From IMG/VR virus record IMGVR_UViG_3300028837_001614, positions 1 through 30,803 of that record: DNA of 30,803 nucleotides. One strand, written 5' to 3'. The notes under the pieces are model-generated. The model did not search any database. It was not told where the DNA came from and was given only the letters and a program-made list of their open reading frames with translations. Numbering within the stretch: position 1 is the first letter of the stretch; the number at the start of each line of letters is the position of its first letter. The translations under genes were made by a program, and so were the position numbers. This DNA comes from a virus (taxonomy: Duplodnaviria; Caudoviricetes). Of the stretch, positions 18,681-27,367 are shown piece after piece.

Positions 18681-19036
18681 TATCTTTCATACCCGTATTT
18701 TTTAGTTATCATTCCCACTTCATCAACTTTAGGAACAAACTCACCCTTAAAAAATGGGTTAGTTGCTTTGACATTATCTCTTACAATATGTTCTCTTTCT
18801 TCCTCAAATTCTTCTAATTTTTCCTTATAGTGCTTTTCGCAATACCAACTATGATATGGACTTTTATCCAAAAACTTAAAGGCCGGTTCACCGCATTTAG
18901 TACATACTTCCTGAACTGGCGCGGAATCCAATTCTGCTTTATGAGTCGGATAACATTTCTTACAGTATCCGTCTAATTCCTTAGAGCCAAACCGCCCACA
19001 GCCTGGACACCTGGTAGCATTACCTCTGGTTGCCAT
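18680..19036 (-). CDS. Double Zn-finger protein
   Basis: CPGC...CKKC and CTKC...CEKH; AGGAGG RBS. Confidence 0.7.
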   Translation of the reverse strand: MATRGNATRCPGCGRFGSKELDGYCKKCYPTHKAELDSAPVQEVCTKCGEPAFKFLDKSPYHSWYCEKHYKEKLEEFEEEREHIVRDNVKATNPFFKGEFVPKVDEVGMITKKYGYER

Positions 19037-20208
19037 AAAGCCTCCTTTGCTTTTAAAAATTCCTGTACTGCATCTTTAAACATTCGTGTATGCCATCTCG
19101 GACAAACCTCATCATAAAGATACCAATTTGCATCTTTTCTTAATTCCTTATCCCTAAATTTCATATCCTTATTCATAACACCTGCAATACCGCTTTCAGA
19201 GCAATTATAGTAATGATAAGCAACCTCGCTTTTTGCATTTAAAAGAACATTCCCTTCAATCCATGTTTTGTAAACCCACAGTGTAGGGGAAGTTCCTACT
19301 ATATCCAATGTTATGTTATATCTGTTAAGATCACCTGTATAAATCAGGGATGGTATTAAACTAAACCCAAGCCACTTTTTACCGGCACTGGCCTCATCTC
19401 TTCCTGTACCTGTACCTTTTGCATTACTTGTATAATCCCCATCGGCATAATAAGATTCTCTTTGATCTTCCAATTTTGTCTGAATAGGATATGAAAGATC
19501 ATTTCCCAATGCCATAAATGTAGTAGTATGCAAAAATCTTAAACCAATGGAAAAGAGGGTATTCAATACATTTCCGCCTTGCAGTATTTCATGGTTTATA
19601 GCTTTCTTTCTGGTTGCTTTTTCAAATACTTTATCAAGACCTTCTGTCGCTGGCATATAAAATCGTATTTCTCTACCCTGTTTTGACCATTCCTTTAAAA
19701 CTTTTGGTGAACAATGAAGCCCTGTTAATAAAATTGAGTTCTGTCCTTCAGGTGGAATATCTGTATTTAGCTGATCCATAACCACATCACTTCCATCTAC
19801 TAGAGAAACAAAATCGGGAATAATTCCCATAGCAAGAAGCGGTTTGTACATATGGTTAGATGCTGCTATAATAAAATCTCTATCTTCCCAATTCTTTATT
19901 CCATCAAAATCAGTTACTTGTTTAAGTATATTTTTATTCTTGTTGAAACTCTGGCCTGCTCCTACTCCTATTAATGCCTTATTTTTGCCAAGACCAATAC
20001 AATCTTTCCTTACAGAACCATGCTTTTTCCAGAGTTTATTTTTTATGTTTTTCTCAATATTAGCAGTCCATAATTTCTTTAACCAACCTGTCGTTTTTAC
20101 ATTAGAACGACCTATATGATCCCAAGAGAATTTAGAAATTACACCATCAAACTCAGGACATATTTTTACAACATTTTCGTATTTTAATTTTTCTTTAGCT
20201 TTAGACAT
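18973..20208 (-). CDS. DUF115/MAF_flag10 (Maf/MptE-like) family protein, putative glycosyltransferase
   Basis: IGVGAGQSF, FIIAASN, GIIPDFVSLVD, GGNV, ALGNDLSY and YNCSESG match the GAGPSL/PDFVVSID/GQDLAY/NCTEGG pattern of the family. Confidence 0.8.
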   Translation of the reverse strand: MSKAKEKLKYENVVKICPEFDGVISKFSWDHIGRSNVKTTGWLKKLWTANIEKNIKNKLWKKHGSVRKDCIGLGKNKALIGVGAGQSFNKNKNILKQVTDFDGIKNWEDRDFIIAASNHMYKPLLAMGIIPDFVSLVDGSDVVMDQLNTDIPPEGQNSILLTGLHCSPKVLKEWSKQGREIRFYMPATEGLDKVFEKATRKKAINHEILQGGNVLNTLFSIGLRFLHTTTFMALGNDLSYPIQTKLEDQRESYYADGDYTSNAKGTGTGRDEASAGKKWLGFSLIPSLIYTGDLNRYNITLDIVGTSPTLWVYKTWIEGNVLLNAKSEVAYHYYNCSESGIAGVMNKDMKFRDKELRKDANWYLYDEVCPRWHTRMFKDAVQEFLKAKEALWQPEVMLPGVQAVGGLALRN

Positions 20209-20218
20209 TATTTTATAT

Positions 20219-20245
20219 GTGAGGCGGGGTTTAATGCCGCCTCAC
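20219..20245 (-). other. Stem-loop after the major capsid gene, no U-tract (possible mRNA stabiliser or attenuator)
   Basis: GTGAGGCGG-9 nt-CCGCCTCAC. Confidence 0.65.
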
Positions 20246-20261
20246 GGTTAAGGTTAATACA

Positions 20262-21470
20262 TCAGGATAATTTGGTGAATAGCCCGTGCTGGCCATTACT
20301 ATATCCCCTCATCTCAAAAGTAAACTCAGAGATAATCTGCCAGTCATCCATATCCCCAGCCTTACCAAGTTTTTCCATGATAGCCTTCCGGCCTTTCTTT
20401 GCCCTAAGCTGACATTTGCTCGTATCAATTACAAATGCCATATTCTTCGGAACTCTTTTCATGGGTTGAATACCAATCTCAACATTCACTTCGGTCATAT
20501 ACTTGGATATATAACCGCCACCCCTGCCATCTCTGGGAGCCATCCTGATTCTGTTCTTATCCCATTGTGTAAACTTCGCACACTGGTCTTTATGACCAAA
20601 AAAGGTCAAATTCTCAGAACCATTTTCCCAGCAGGCTCCAACAACTTTATTAACCGCTGTTTCAGTAAGGGTTGTGGTAGATGTATCGATGTAATCGCCT
20701 GATCGTCCGCCCAAGAATCCAAAGACACCTGACATCAAACCAGCAACAGTTGAGGAACGAGTTAATACTCCACTATTATAAAGAGTAAATCGTTCCCGGT
20801 CTCGCTGCATTTCTTTCAACCGCATTAGAATTTGATGTTGATCTTCTCTGCCGATTGCATACATATCAGTACTTTTCATACTTCCGGTGATCTGAACATC
20901 CTGTCTCAATATCATCATAGCATTAGAAACTACTGCTCTTGCTCTCGGTGTTCCTGGCCTTGGTAATGACCCTTCACCAGCCGCTGCCCCAAGAATCCAG
21001 ATTTTATCAGCAGTCGAAATAGACGTTTTATCCGTTAAATCACCTGCACAGCACAATACTTCAAAAGTAATCGTGCCAGTCGCAGTTGTTACAGATAAAA
21101 CTCCTATAATATTATGCTCACCATCTGCTGAAGCGTAATGATACATAACTGTTCCTTCTACTATCTGTTTCAGGGCTTCTGTGCTTGTTAAATTCTCAAC
21201 GCTGGCAACTACAATACTTACAGCTGCAGAACCTACAGCACCTACGGCTTTGATGTAGCCAGTTCCCAAATCCTCAGTAATCCACTCAATAGAAGTAGCA
21301 CCTGACTCCGGCCCCCATCCAATCGCATTCACAAATGGAGTTTCCATCACAGCAAGCAGATCCAATACATCGGATACATCACGCTTGTCAGTCAAACTAA
21401 CTATGTCAGTAGTCGCATTCAGGCCACCACGATCTGTAGCAGCCGATATTCCCCAATAATCTATAGCCAT
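20262..21470 (-). CDS. Major capsid protein, DUF5309/SU10 type, with insertion domain
   Basis: DVSDV...ETPF...EWITEDL, SNAMMILRQDVQITGS, GD...QIISEFTFE...HG; follows portal and scaffold. Confidence 0.85.
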   Translation of the reverse strand: MAIDYWGISAATDRGGLNATTDIVSLTDKRDVSDVLDLLAVMETPFVNAIGWGPESGATSIEWITEDLGTGYIKAVGAVGSAAVSIVVASVENLTSTEALKQIVEGTVMYHYASADGEHNIIGVLSVTTATGTITFEVLCCAGDLTDKTSISTADKIWILGAAAGEGSLPRPGTPRARAVVSNAMMILRQDVQITGSMKSTDMYAIGREDQHQILMRLKEMQRDRERFTLYNSGVLTRSSTVAGLMSGVFGFLGGRSGDYIDTSTTTLTETAVNKVVGACWENGSENLTFFGHKDQCAKFTQWDKNRIRMAPRDGRGGGYISKYMTEVNVEIGIQPMKRVPKNMAFVIDTSKCQLRAKKGRKAIMEKLGKAGDMDDWQIISEFTFEMRGYSNGQHGLFTKLS

Positions 21471-21507
21471 TAGATTTTCCTCCTTTCTTTTATATTTTCA
21501 GAGAAAT

Positions 21508-22284
21508 TTATCCCTTAAGAGTAGCTTCGAGAGCCTTCATTTCGTCTGCTTCAGTAAGAAGCTGACCCTTATCGAGTTTCTCTCTTAATTCCTTCAGAAC
21601 CGTCTTGTTTTCTAAAGTTGTAACACCAGGTATGCTTACAGTCTGTGTACCAGCTTCCTCAACATGGAGTGCACCATTTTTAGTACCCCCCTGCAATGTC
21701 TTGATGGTATCAACCGACCTCTTTGCAATACCCTTATAATATGTCCTCACAACATTATTGTAAGACTTTACAGGATTAGCCTGCCCTTGCTGTATCTGAA
21801 ATATAAAGTTAGAGTCTTTTAATTTCTCTTCCCATATATCTTTCACCAAGTGATAATCCTCATCATTTTGGATTTCACTCCACATATCATTTACAGTCTT
21901 TTGAATTTCAGCTTGAACTTTAGCTTTCTTCTGATCATGTTTATCGAGTACCTTTCCTATAATACTCTCTAAATCAGGTGATTGCTCATTTTCGCTGAAC
22001 TCATTTCCTGTTTGTCTTGGGTTTGATATAAGCATCTTTAGCTCGGCTATTTCTTGCCTTGCATTACCTAACTGGTTTGACAGGTTGCCCGCTTCCCTGC
22101 TTGCTGTAAGTTTACCCTGCAACTGCTCGGTATTCGTAACCCCTGCCTTTTCAAGTTCGGTTATTAATGCATCTATATCTGTTGTGGGATCTTCTACTTT
22201 TGCCTCTACTTTTGCCTCTGCCTCTGCCTCTGATCCTTCCTTCTGTATAGTCGGATCTTCGGTTACTACTTTTTCCTCTACCAT
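21508..22284 (-). CDS. Capsid scaffolding protein
   Basis: Acidic N-terminus, coiled coil, immediately upstream of the capsid gene. Confidence 0.7.
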   Translation of the reverse strand: MVEEKVVTEDPTIQKEGSEAEAEAKVEAKVEDPTTDIDALITELEKAGVTNTEQLQGKLTASREAGNLSNQLGNARQEIAELKMLISNPRQTGNEFSENEQSPDLESIIGKVLDKHDQKKAKVQAEIQKTVNDMWSEIQNDEDYHLVKDIWEEKLKDSNFIFQIQQGQANPVKSYNNVVRTYYKGIAKRSVDTIKTLQGGTKNGALHVEEAGTQTVSIPGVTTLENKTVLKELREKLDKGQLLTEADEMKALEATLKG

Positions 22285-22285
22285 C

Positions 22286-22630
22286 TTATTCTCCTTCCCT
22301 TTTTGGTTTGGTTTTACCCTTACCCTTTAGGTTAGTTAAAATTTGCCATTTGCTGCGTTTCTTTATCCATCCGGAAGGATTTAAAAGAAATGCAATCATC
22401 TGGTCTATGTTATAATATGTTCTCTGGATTACATCTTTCTCTTGAATACCAAGATCGGTGTGTTTCCGTGAAAACATATCGGTTGCCATCGTTCCCCTGA
22501 TTGTCATCAGGGTATCCCTTAAAAATTGCCATTCTTCTGTCTTTAATATCCTTTGATAGTTTGCAAGCCTTCGCTGGTATTCTTCTTCTTTGTCAAAAAG
22601 TTCTATGAATTGGTTAAGCAGATTTTTCAG
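22286..22630 (-). CDS. Post-portal head protein, probably CTG start, 114 aa
   Basis: Frame is open 41 codons upstream of the ATG at 22507; AAGGAG lies 7 nt before CTG at 22630. Confidence 0.6.
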   Translation of the reverse strand: MKNLLNQFIELFDKEEEYQRRLANYQRILKTEEWQFLRDTLMTIRGTMATDMFSRKHTDLGIQEKDVIQRTYYNIDQMIAFLLNPSGWIKKRSKWQILTNLKGKGKTKPKREGE

Positions 22631-22790
22631 AATCTTTCTCCTTTTCTAATTTTTTTTTCAATTTTTCTTCAAAATCAAGATCATCATTCAACTGTTTAAC
22701 ACCATGATAATATACTCCATCCATGCCATCACCTATAGTGCTTGAGCGAAAATTGTTTTCTCTATTCATATAGGTAAATAAATCCATCAT
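22614..22790 (-). CDS. Hypothetical protein, 58 aa, not in the ORF track (MMDLFTYMNRE...EKDSEKSA)
   Basis: AGGAG RBS; fills the gap after the portal gene. Confidence 0.55.
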   Translation of the reverse strand: MMDLFTYMNRENNFRSSTIGDGMDGVYYHGVKQLNDDLDFEEKLKKKLEKEKDSEKSA

Positions 22791-22793
22791 TTC

Positions 22794-24761
22794 TTATTCT
22801 CCTATGGCCTCCTGTTTAATGGCTTCGAGTGCCATATCGTATCCAAATTCCTGATGTGCAAGAGCTGAGTCTTCCTTGAAATCCTGTTGGCTGATTGCCA
22901 ACTTGCCCTGTGTCTTTAATTGCTCTAATCTCTGCTTACCCTGTTGTTCGGCTTGTTCTGCCATCATCTGTGCTTTTTGCTGCTGTTGTATTTCCTGCAT
23001 CATCTGTTGAGGTGCTTTTAAAAGTAAATCAACCTCCCGTATATCCATTAACTCCATAATGGTTTTCAGCATTTGGTACTGGTTGACCCAAGGGTTTTGC
23101 TGCCACATTTGAGCCATTTGCACTAACTGTTGTGCCCTCACGCCCTTACTTAATGCTGGCTCCATTGCCGAATACCGTGCCGAAAAGTCAAAATCAGGAT
23201 GAATATCACTTCCGAATATCTGCCCGAAAGACTGTCCATCCTGCCCGCCTTCCCTGTCCATTATCCTGTATTCAAAACCACTTGGAAGATGGAAGGTATT
23301 AAGTACCATCATATATTTTAACAGGGGACGTATCCCAAGATAATCCATGCTCATAAGCATAAGTTTAGCTCTTGCCTCGCCCATGCTTTGAATTGATTGC
23401 ACCACACCTACCCTTTCCTGCCTTTGTGGAGTTTGGCCCATATTATATGAATACTGCCCTGTTAAGTCCTGTATGGTGTGTTCGTAAAAATTCTCTTGCT
23501 CCATAAAAAGATTTGAGTGCATATCGGGAATAACTATCGGCTCTACTTCATCCTTCATTGCAGGTATAATTCCAAAGGGTTTCCATACAAGAGCTTCAGG
23601 GTCAATGTCCGCCTCTGGATCTACCCGCAACATCTGGTTAATCATCATCATTACGTTCTGCATTCTGAGATTACCAAGAGTATTAATCTGCTCTTGTAAA
23701 CCCTTGCATAACCGAACAAGTCCCAAATCCCAATACATCTCAGGGTGCATATAACAACCAATGTCAAACAAGGGACGTATGCCATGATCGTTTTTCTGGA
23801 TAGATACTATTGTCTTGTAATTTGCTATGTGGATAATGGCTTCTTCTTCACGCCCTTTTATCTTATATCCTGAGCCAACTTCATAAGGGTGTTCATCGAA
23901 GATTAATTTTGTATATGCTTCAATTATGTCAACTTCTGGTGTTTTTCGTTCATCTTCAAGTTCTGTCTGTTGTAATCCTCCCTCAATTTCTAAGCCCTTC
24001 ACAAATGCTTCATCTGAATCCTTAGCATAAACCCCTGCGCCCCCTCCAGGTTGCCAGGGGACTTCTTTAATATTTTTATAAATACCTTTTGCTTCCTGTT
24101 GCTTAAGATAATCCAGACTACGCTTATAAATTAAAAAACAGGCTGGCATTTGCTGGATAGAACGATATTGAGGATGTGGTAGAAAAGTTTTGTTGTGTAA
24201 AACCTCGACATAGGGTCCATCGTAGATAGTCTGCATTTCCTGGCTAATATAGTCTACGATGTCCATACCCTGAAAATTGCCAAAACTATCAAAATTGGGT
24301 TTTGGCAAAGCTATTCTTTTGGGTGCAATTCTTTCTTCTTTTTTCCAATATGCCTTTATGACGCCCTTGCCAAATGTAAGGTTATTGAAAAACCACTTCA
24401 TCATGGTAAGGTATGAACCGCCCTGCATGTCTATGTCATTCAAAGATTCAAGTTGAAAATTAAGAACAGCCTCCACTTGCTTATAGCGGTATAAGTCCCG
24501 TTTCTTTCGTGGCTTTACAGATACGATATTGCCTGTCTGATAAAGCTGATCCATAAACTTAGAAAGAAGTTGATAAACAATAGGAAGAATCCTGTTAAAT
24601 ACCTCATTGTATGCAAGGGGGTACTTCGCTTCATTTCTATACCCAAGATAATATTCCAAGTCTTCATCATAATTTGTACGGTTATATTGGTTTCTATCCC
24701 AATTATCCTTGTATAACTTCATTATGTATCGGAATATTTCCTGCTCTTTTTTATTCATCAT
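22794..24761 (-). CDS. Portal protein (P22/SU10-like)
   Basis: 655 aa; FGKGVIKAYW, GLVRLCKGLQEQINTLGN, QDLTG; Q-rich C-terminal coil; synteny. Confidence 0.88.
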   Translation of the reverse strand: MMNKKEQEIFRYIMKLYKDNWDRNQYNRTNYDEDLEYYLGYRNEAKYPLAYNEVFNRILPIVYQLLSKFMDQLYQTGNIVSVKPRKKRDLYRYKQVEAVLNFQLESLNDIDMQGGSYLTMMKWFFNNLTFGKGVIKAYWKKEERIAPKRIALPKPNFDSFGNFQGMDIVDYISQEMQTIYDGPYVEVLHNKTFLPHPQYRSIQQMPACFLIYKRSLDYLKQQEAKGIYKNIKEVPWQPGGGAGVYAKDSDEAFVKGLEIEGGLQQTELEDERKTPEVDIIEAYTKLIFDEHPYEVGSGYKIKGREEEAIIHIANYKTIVSIQKNDHGIRPLFDIGCYMHPEMYWDLGLVRLCKGLQEQINTLGNLRMQNVMMMINQMLRVDPEADIDPEALVWKPFGIIPAMKDEVEPIVIPDMHSNLFMEQENFYEHTIQDLTGQYSYNMGQTPQRQERVGVVQSIQSMGEARAKLMLMSMDYLGIRPLLKYMMVLNTFHLPSGFEYRIMDREGGQDGQSFGQIFGSDIHPDFDFSARYSAMEPALSKGVRAQQLVQMAQMWQQNPWVNQYQMLKTIMELMDIREVDLLLKAPQQMMQEIQQQQKAQMMAEQAEQQGKQRLEQLKTQGKLAISQQDFKEDSALAHQEFGYDMALEAIKQEAIGE

Positions 24762-25087
24762 AATGCAGACCCCAAATCCTTTCTCTCTATATCCGACTCA
24801 TCATATTTTACATACATTTCCTCTATCATATCGCTATTCTCATACACCCTAAACTCATGCCAAAGCATGGGTGCCACGGTAAACTCCTGTCCTTCTGTGA
24901 GAATAGTTTCTCCATGCGTAGTCTTAATCCCTACCTTGCCCCGCAACACAACAAACAGATTCCATTTCTGTGTATGAAAATGCCAACTACATCGAGTTCC
25001 CTTTATTAGTTTTAAATAGCTAACCGCGTGAGTTGAATCTTGTCTTAGCAGCCAACGTTCTCCCCAAATCTTTAATGTACGCTCCAT
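24758..25087 (-). CDS. Cupin (mannose-6-phosphate isomerase-like/sugar isomerase type)
   Basis: KIWG...RCSWHFH...K and PMLWHEF cupin motifs. Confidence 0.8.
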   Translation of the reverse strand: MERTLKIWGERWLLRQDSTHAVSYLKLIKGTRCSWHFHTQKWNLFVVLRGKVGIKTTHGETILTEGQEFTVAPMLWHEFRVYENSDMIEEMYVKYDESDIERKDLGSAL

Positions 25088-25248
25088 TATTTTTTATTCT
25101 TCTTAGTTTTTACAGGCCCACATACTGTCCTTCCACCACGAGGCCCCTTTCTTCTAACTATTTCACAATGCATATATTTGTTTTTACCAATCTTGACTGT
25201 TCGAGTCCGGATAGAACCGCCTCTTCTTTTTACTTCTTTTTTGGGCAT
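25087..25248 (-). CDS. Small basic protein, 53 aa, not in the ORF track (MPKKEVKRRGGSIRTRTVKIGKNKYMHCEIV...)
   Basis: GAGG RBS; TAATG coupling to the cupin gene. Confidence 0.65.
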   Translation of the reverse strand: MPKKEVKRRGGSIRTRTVKIGKNKYMHCEIVRRKGPRGGRTVCGPVKTKKNKK

Positions 25249-25340
25249 TTAATACCTCTTGCCTTTCTTCTCCCTATTTTTCTTGGAGAAGCCCTATAAG
25301 GACCACTACCGTCCCTGACACCTCTTCTTGCTTTTCCCAT
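25230..25340 (-). CDS. Small basic peptide, 36 aa, not in the ORF track (MGKARRGVRDGSGPYRASPRKIGRRKARGIKCPKKK)
   Basis: GGGGAG RBS; overlaps the next gene. Confidence 0.6.
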   Translation of the reverse strand: MGKARRGVRDGSGPYRASPRKIGRRKARGIKCPKKK

Positions 25341-25354
25341 CTTTATTCTCCCCA

Positions 25355-25392
25355 ACAAAAAAGCCCACCCTGTCCGTGCACGGGGTGGACTT
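25355..25392 (-). terminator. Intrinsic terminator within the late operon
   Basis: Minus strand AAGTCCACCC-CGTGCACGGACA-GGGTGGGCTT followed by TTTTG. Confidence 0.75.
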
Positions 25393-25431
25393 CAATGTTG
25401 TTCTCTCCCTCTCGGGAGATATTTTTAAAAA

Positions 25432-25776
25432 TTATTTTGTGACTTCTTTTGGTTCTTTCTTCTTCTTTTTGCCTTCAATTAAGTTTTGAATTATAGTATC
25501 TGCTTCGGCCGCTTTTTGGTTGAAAAGTGCTTCGCAGCGGTGAATCATTCTTGTTCTGAAAGTCTCAACTTGTTTTAATTCTTCCCTTGCCTTGTCCCAT
25601 ATCTCAGTAACTTTCAAAATCGTATCTTTTTTAAATCGATCAAGTTCTTCATGTATCAATTTTATTTTATCAGCACAGATAACACAAAGCTCTTGTCCGG
25701 TTATGGTTGAGGCTTTATCGACTGATACATCTTTAATATAAGCTCCACATATCCTGCAATATAATTTTAATGCCAT
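25432..25776 (-). CDS. Zn-ribbon plus coiled-coil hypothetical protein
   Basis: CRIC...CVIC; GGGAGG RBS. Confidence 0.7.
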   Translation of the reverse strand: MALKLYCRICGAYIKDVSVDKASTITGQELCVICADKIKLIHEELDRFKKDTILKVTEIWDKAREELKQVETFRTRMIHRCEALFNQKAAEADTIIQNLIEGKKKKKEPKEVTK

Positions 25777-25873
25777 AAATCCTCCCTATAATTTAAAATA
25801 CTATGTTCTTCATTAGCAACCCATGGAATAAATTTAATAACTTCCGATATAAATTTATAATCTTTCCAGGAAA

Positions 25874-27367
25874 TTAAAAAAATCTTTCCAGGTTTACTAC
25901 ATTCTTCTTCTCTTCTGTCTGGTAGCTCACAAGAGGCCACTTCTTTCCCTCTCTTTCGGTTTTTCCAAGATCTTGTAATAAATATCGTATGCAAATAGGA
26001 TAATCAGACCACTTTGGATCAGGCTTACCCATTGGATTGTCTCTCGACCTTTTCCAGTAATGATTATTCATATACTGGCGTGTCCTGACACAATTCTCTC
26101 TAATAAACAGGCGTGGATGGTCTTTAGTATTGCCTCGCAAATAGTCATTTACAATACTGATACCAATTTCAGGCTGTCTATTCTTACCTTCGCCTGTTAT
26201 TATGCCATGCCTTCTGAATTCATCCCAGGCATTGAAATCTTTATGTATGCCCTTATACTTATGCCTTGCACTTGGATCTTGTCGTCTGCGCCATCTACGT
26301 CTGTCAAATGGTGCCCCTTCTATCTTTTTGAATAATTCCGCAAGATCACTTATACTCTTATCTTCTGCAATAACCGTATCAAGCTCATCAAAGATAATTA
26401 CATTTTTGTCTCTATCGATATATCCCCACACAGCAGCACAAGGTTTACTTTGATGCCAGTCAAATGCCATTACCCAATCAACATCACGATTGTTTGGCAT
26501 TTCAGTGTCTATTGGTAATAAATGACCATCACATTCCTCTTCATTCCACATCCTATCCTGAAATGGGTGTACTGTTTTACCCCAGGAAGGATATTGACCA
26601 TATATCTGTACCTGTATCTGCTCTAAACTTTTACCCTTAGAAAATCGCTTGATAAATTCCTTTGTAATGGCGGGATTATCGGCCATACAAGCATTAAAAA
26701 CCTCAATATCAGGGTCATCGATGCTTGCATCCACAATCTTTTCTTTTGTCCAGGTAGGCCCCTTACCTTCCTCAAAGGGAGGTGTAAGCCCGCCAATTAT
26801 CTTCCCCCCGCCTTTAGCATTCCTTAATCCACGTTTACATTCATCAAATACCCTTTCATCCGATTCTTCATCTACCACAAGAATATCATATTCCGCCCCT
26901 CTCATAGCCAGCCATCCCTGCTCGGATGTTACCCACCCCATAAATGAGCCATTTTTCAGGGTAATTTGCCTATGATCTTTGGAAAACCCTTTCTTAATCA
27001 TACTTTTGGGCAACATCGGCCCCAACTCAATGCCCTGAGGAGTGATAGTCTGTGGAGAAAGCAACTTCTGAAGAGCCACATCCTCAACATTATCAAAGGA
27101 TGGTACTATCGTTCGCACCCTTATGGGTGGTTTGCCCAACTGCTTCTGCTTGGGGTGAACACCAAGCATATATGCTAGAGGATTCCAGTAGACCTGTAAG
27201 GATTTTCCAGTACCATTAGCAGCTATAAACCATCTCTGCCAGGCATCCGACATTGTGAATTTGGCCTGCTTATCGTAAAAATAATTAGGCCATGCTATTA
27301 TTGGCAGCCAATCTGTTGGAACTGTCGGGCTACTGTTTTCCTTTTTGTCGCTATTTACTGTATCCAT
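25874..27367 (-). CDS. terL: Terminase large subunit
   Basis: Walker A AANGTGKS, Walker B ILVVDEE, coupling motif LTP, DNP, RNase H-like AFDWH...QDPS. Confidence 0.9.
   Translation of the reverse strand: MDTVNSDKKENSSPTVPTDWLPIIAWPNYFYDKQAKFTMSDAWQRWFIAANGTGKSLQVYWNPLAYMLGVHPKQKQLGKPPIRVRTIVPSFDNVEDVALQKLLSPQTITPQGIELGPMLPKSMIKKGFSKDHRQITLKNGSFMGWVTSEQGWLAMRGAEYDILVVDEESDERVFDECKRGLRNAKGGGKIIGGLTPPFEEGKGPTWTKEKIVDASIDDPDIEVFNACMADNPAITKEFIKRFSKGKSLEQIQVQIYGQYPSWGKTVHPFQDRMWNEEECDGHLLPIDTEMPNNRDVDWVMAFDWHQSKPCAAVWGYIDRDKNVIIFDELDTVIAEDKSISDLAELFKKIEGAPFDRRRWRRRQDPSARHKYKGIHKDFNAWDEFRRHGIITGEGKNRQPEIGISIVNDYLRGNTKDHPRLFIRENCVRTRQYMNNHYWKRSRDNPMGKPDPKWSDYPICIRYLLQDLGKTEREGKKWPLVSYQTEEKKNVVNLERFF

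Noticed and set aside
25195-25222. tRNA fragment (GTTCGAGTCC)
   Set aside because: The T-stem does not pair, there is no cloverleaf, and it lies within a coding region on the other strand.
25767-25994. 75-aa ORF overlapping the terL 3' end
   Set aside because: 121-nt overlap and no RBS; probably a shadow ORF. A 12-bp direct repeat here (AATCTTTCCAGG) is too short to interpret.
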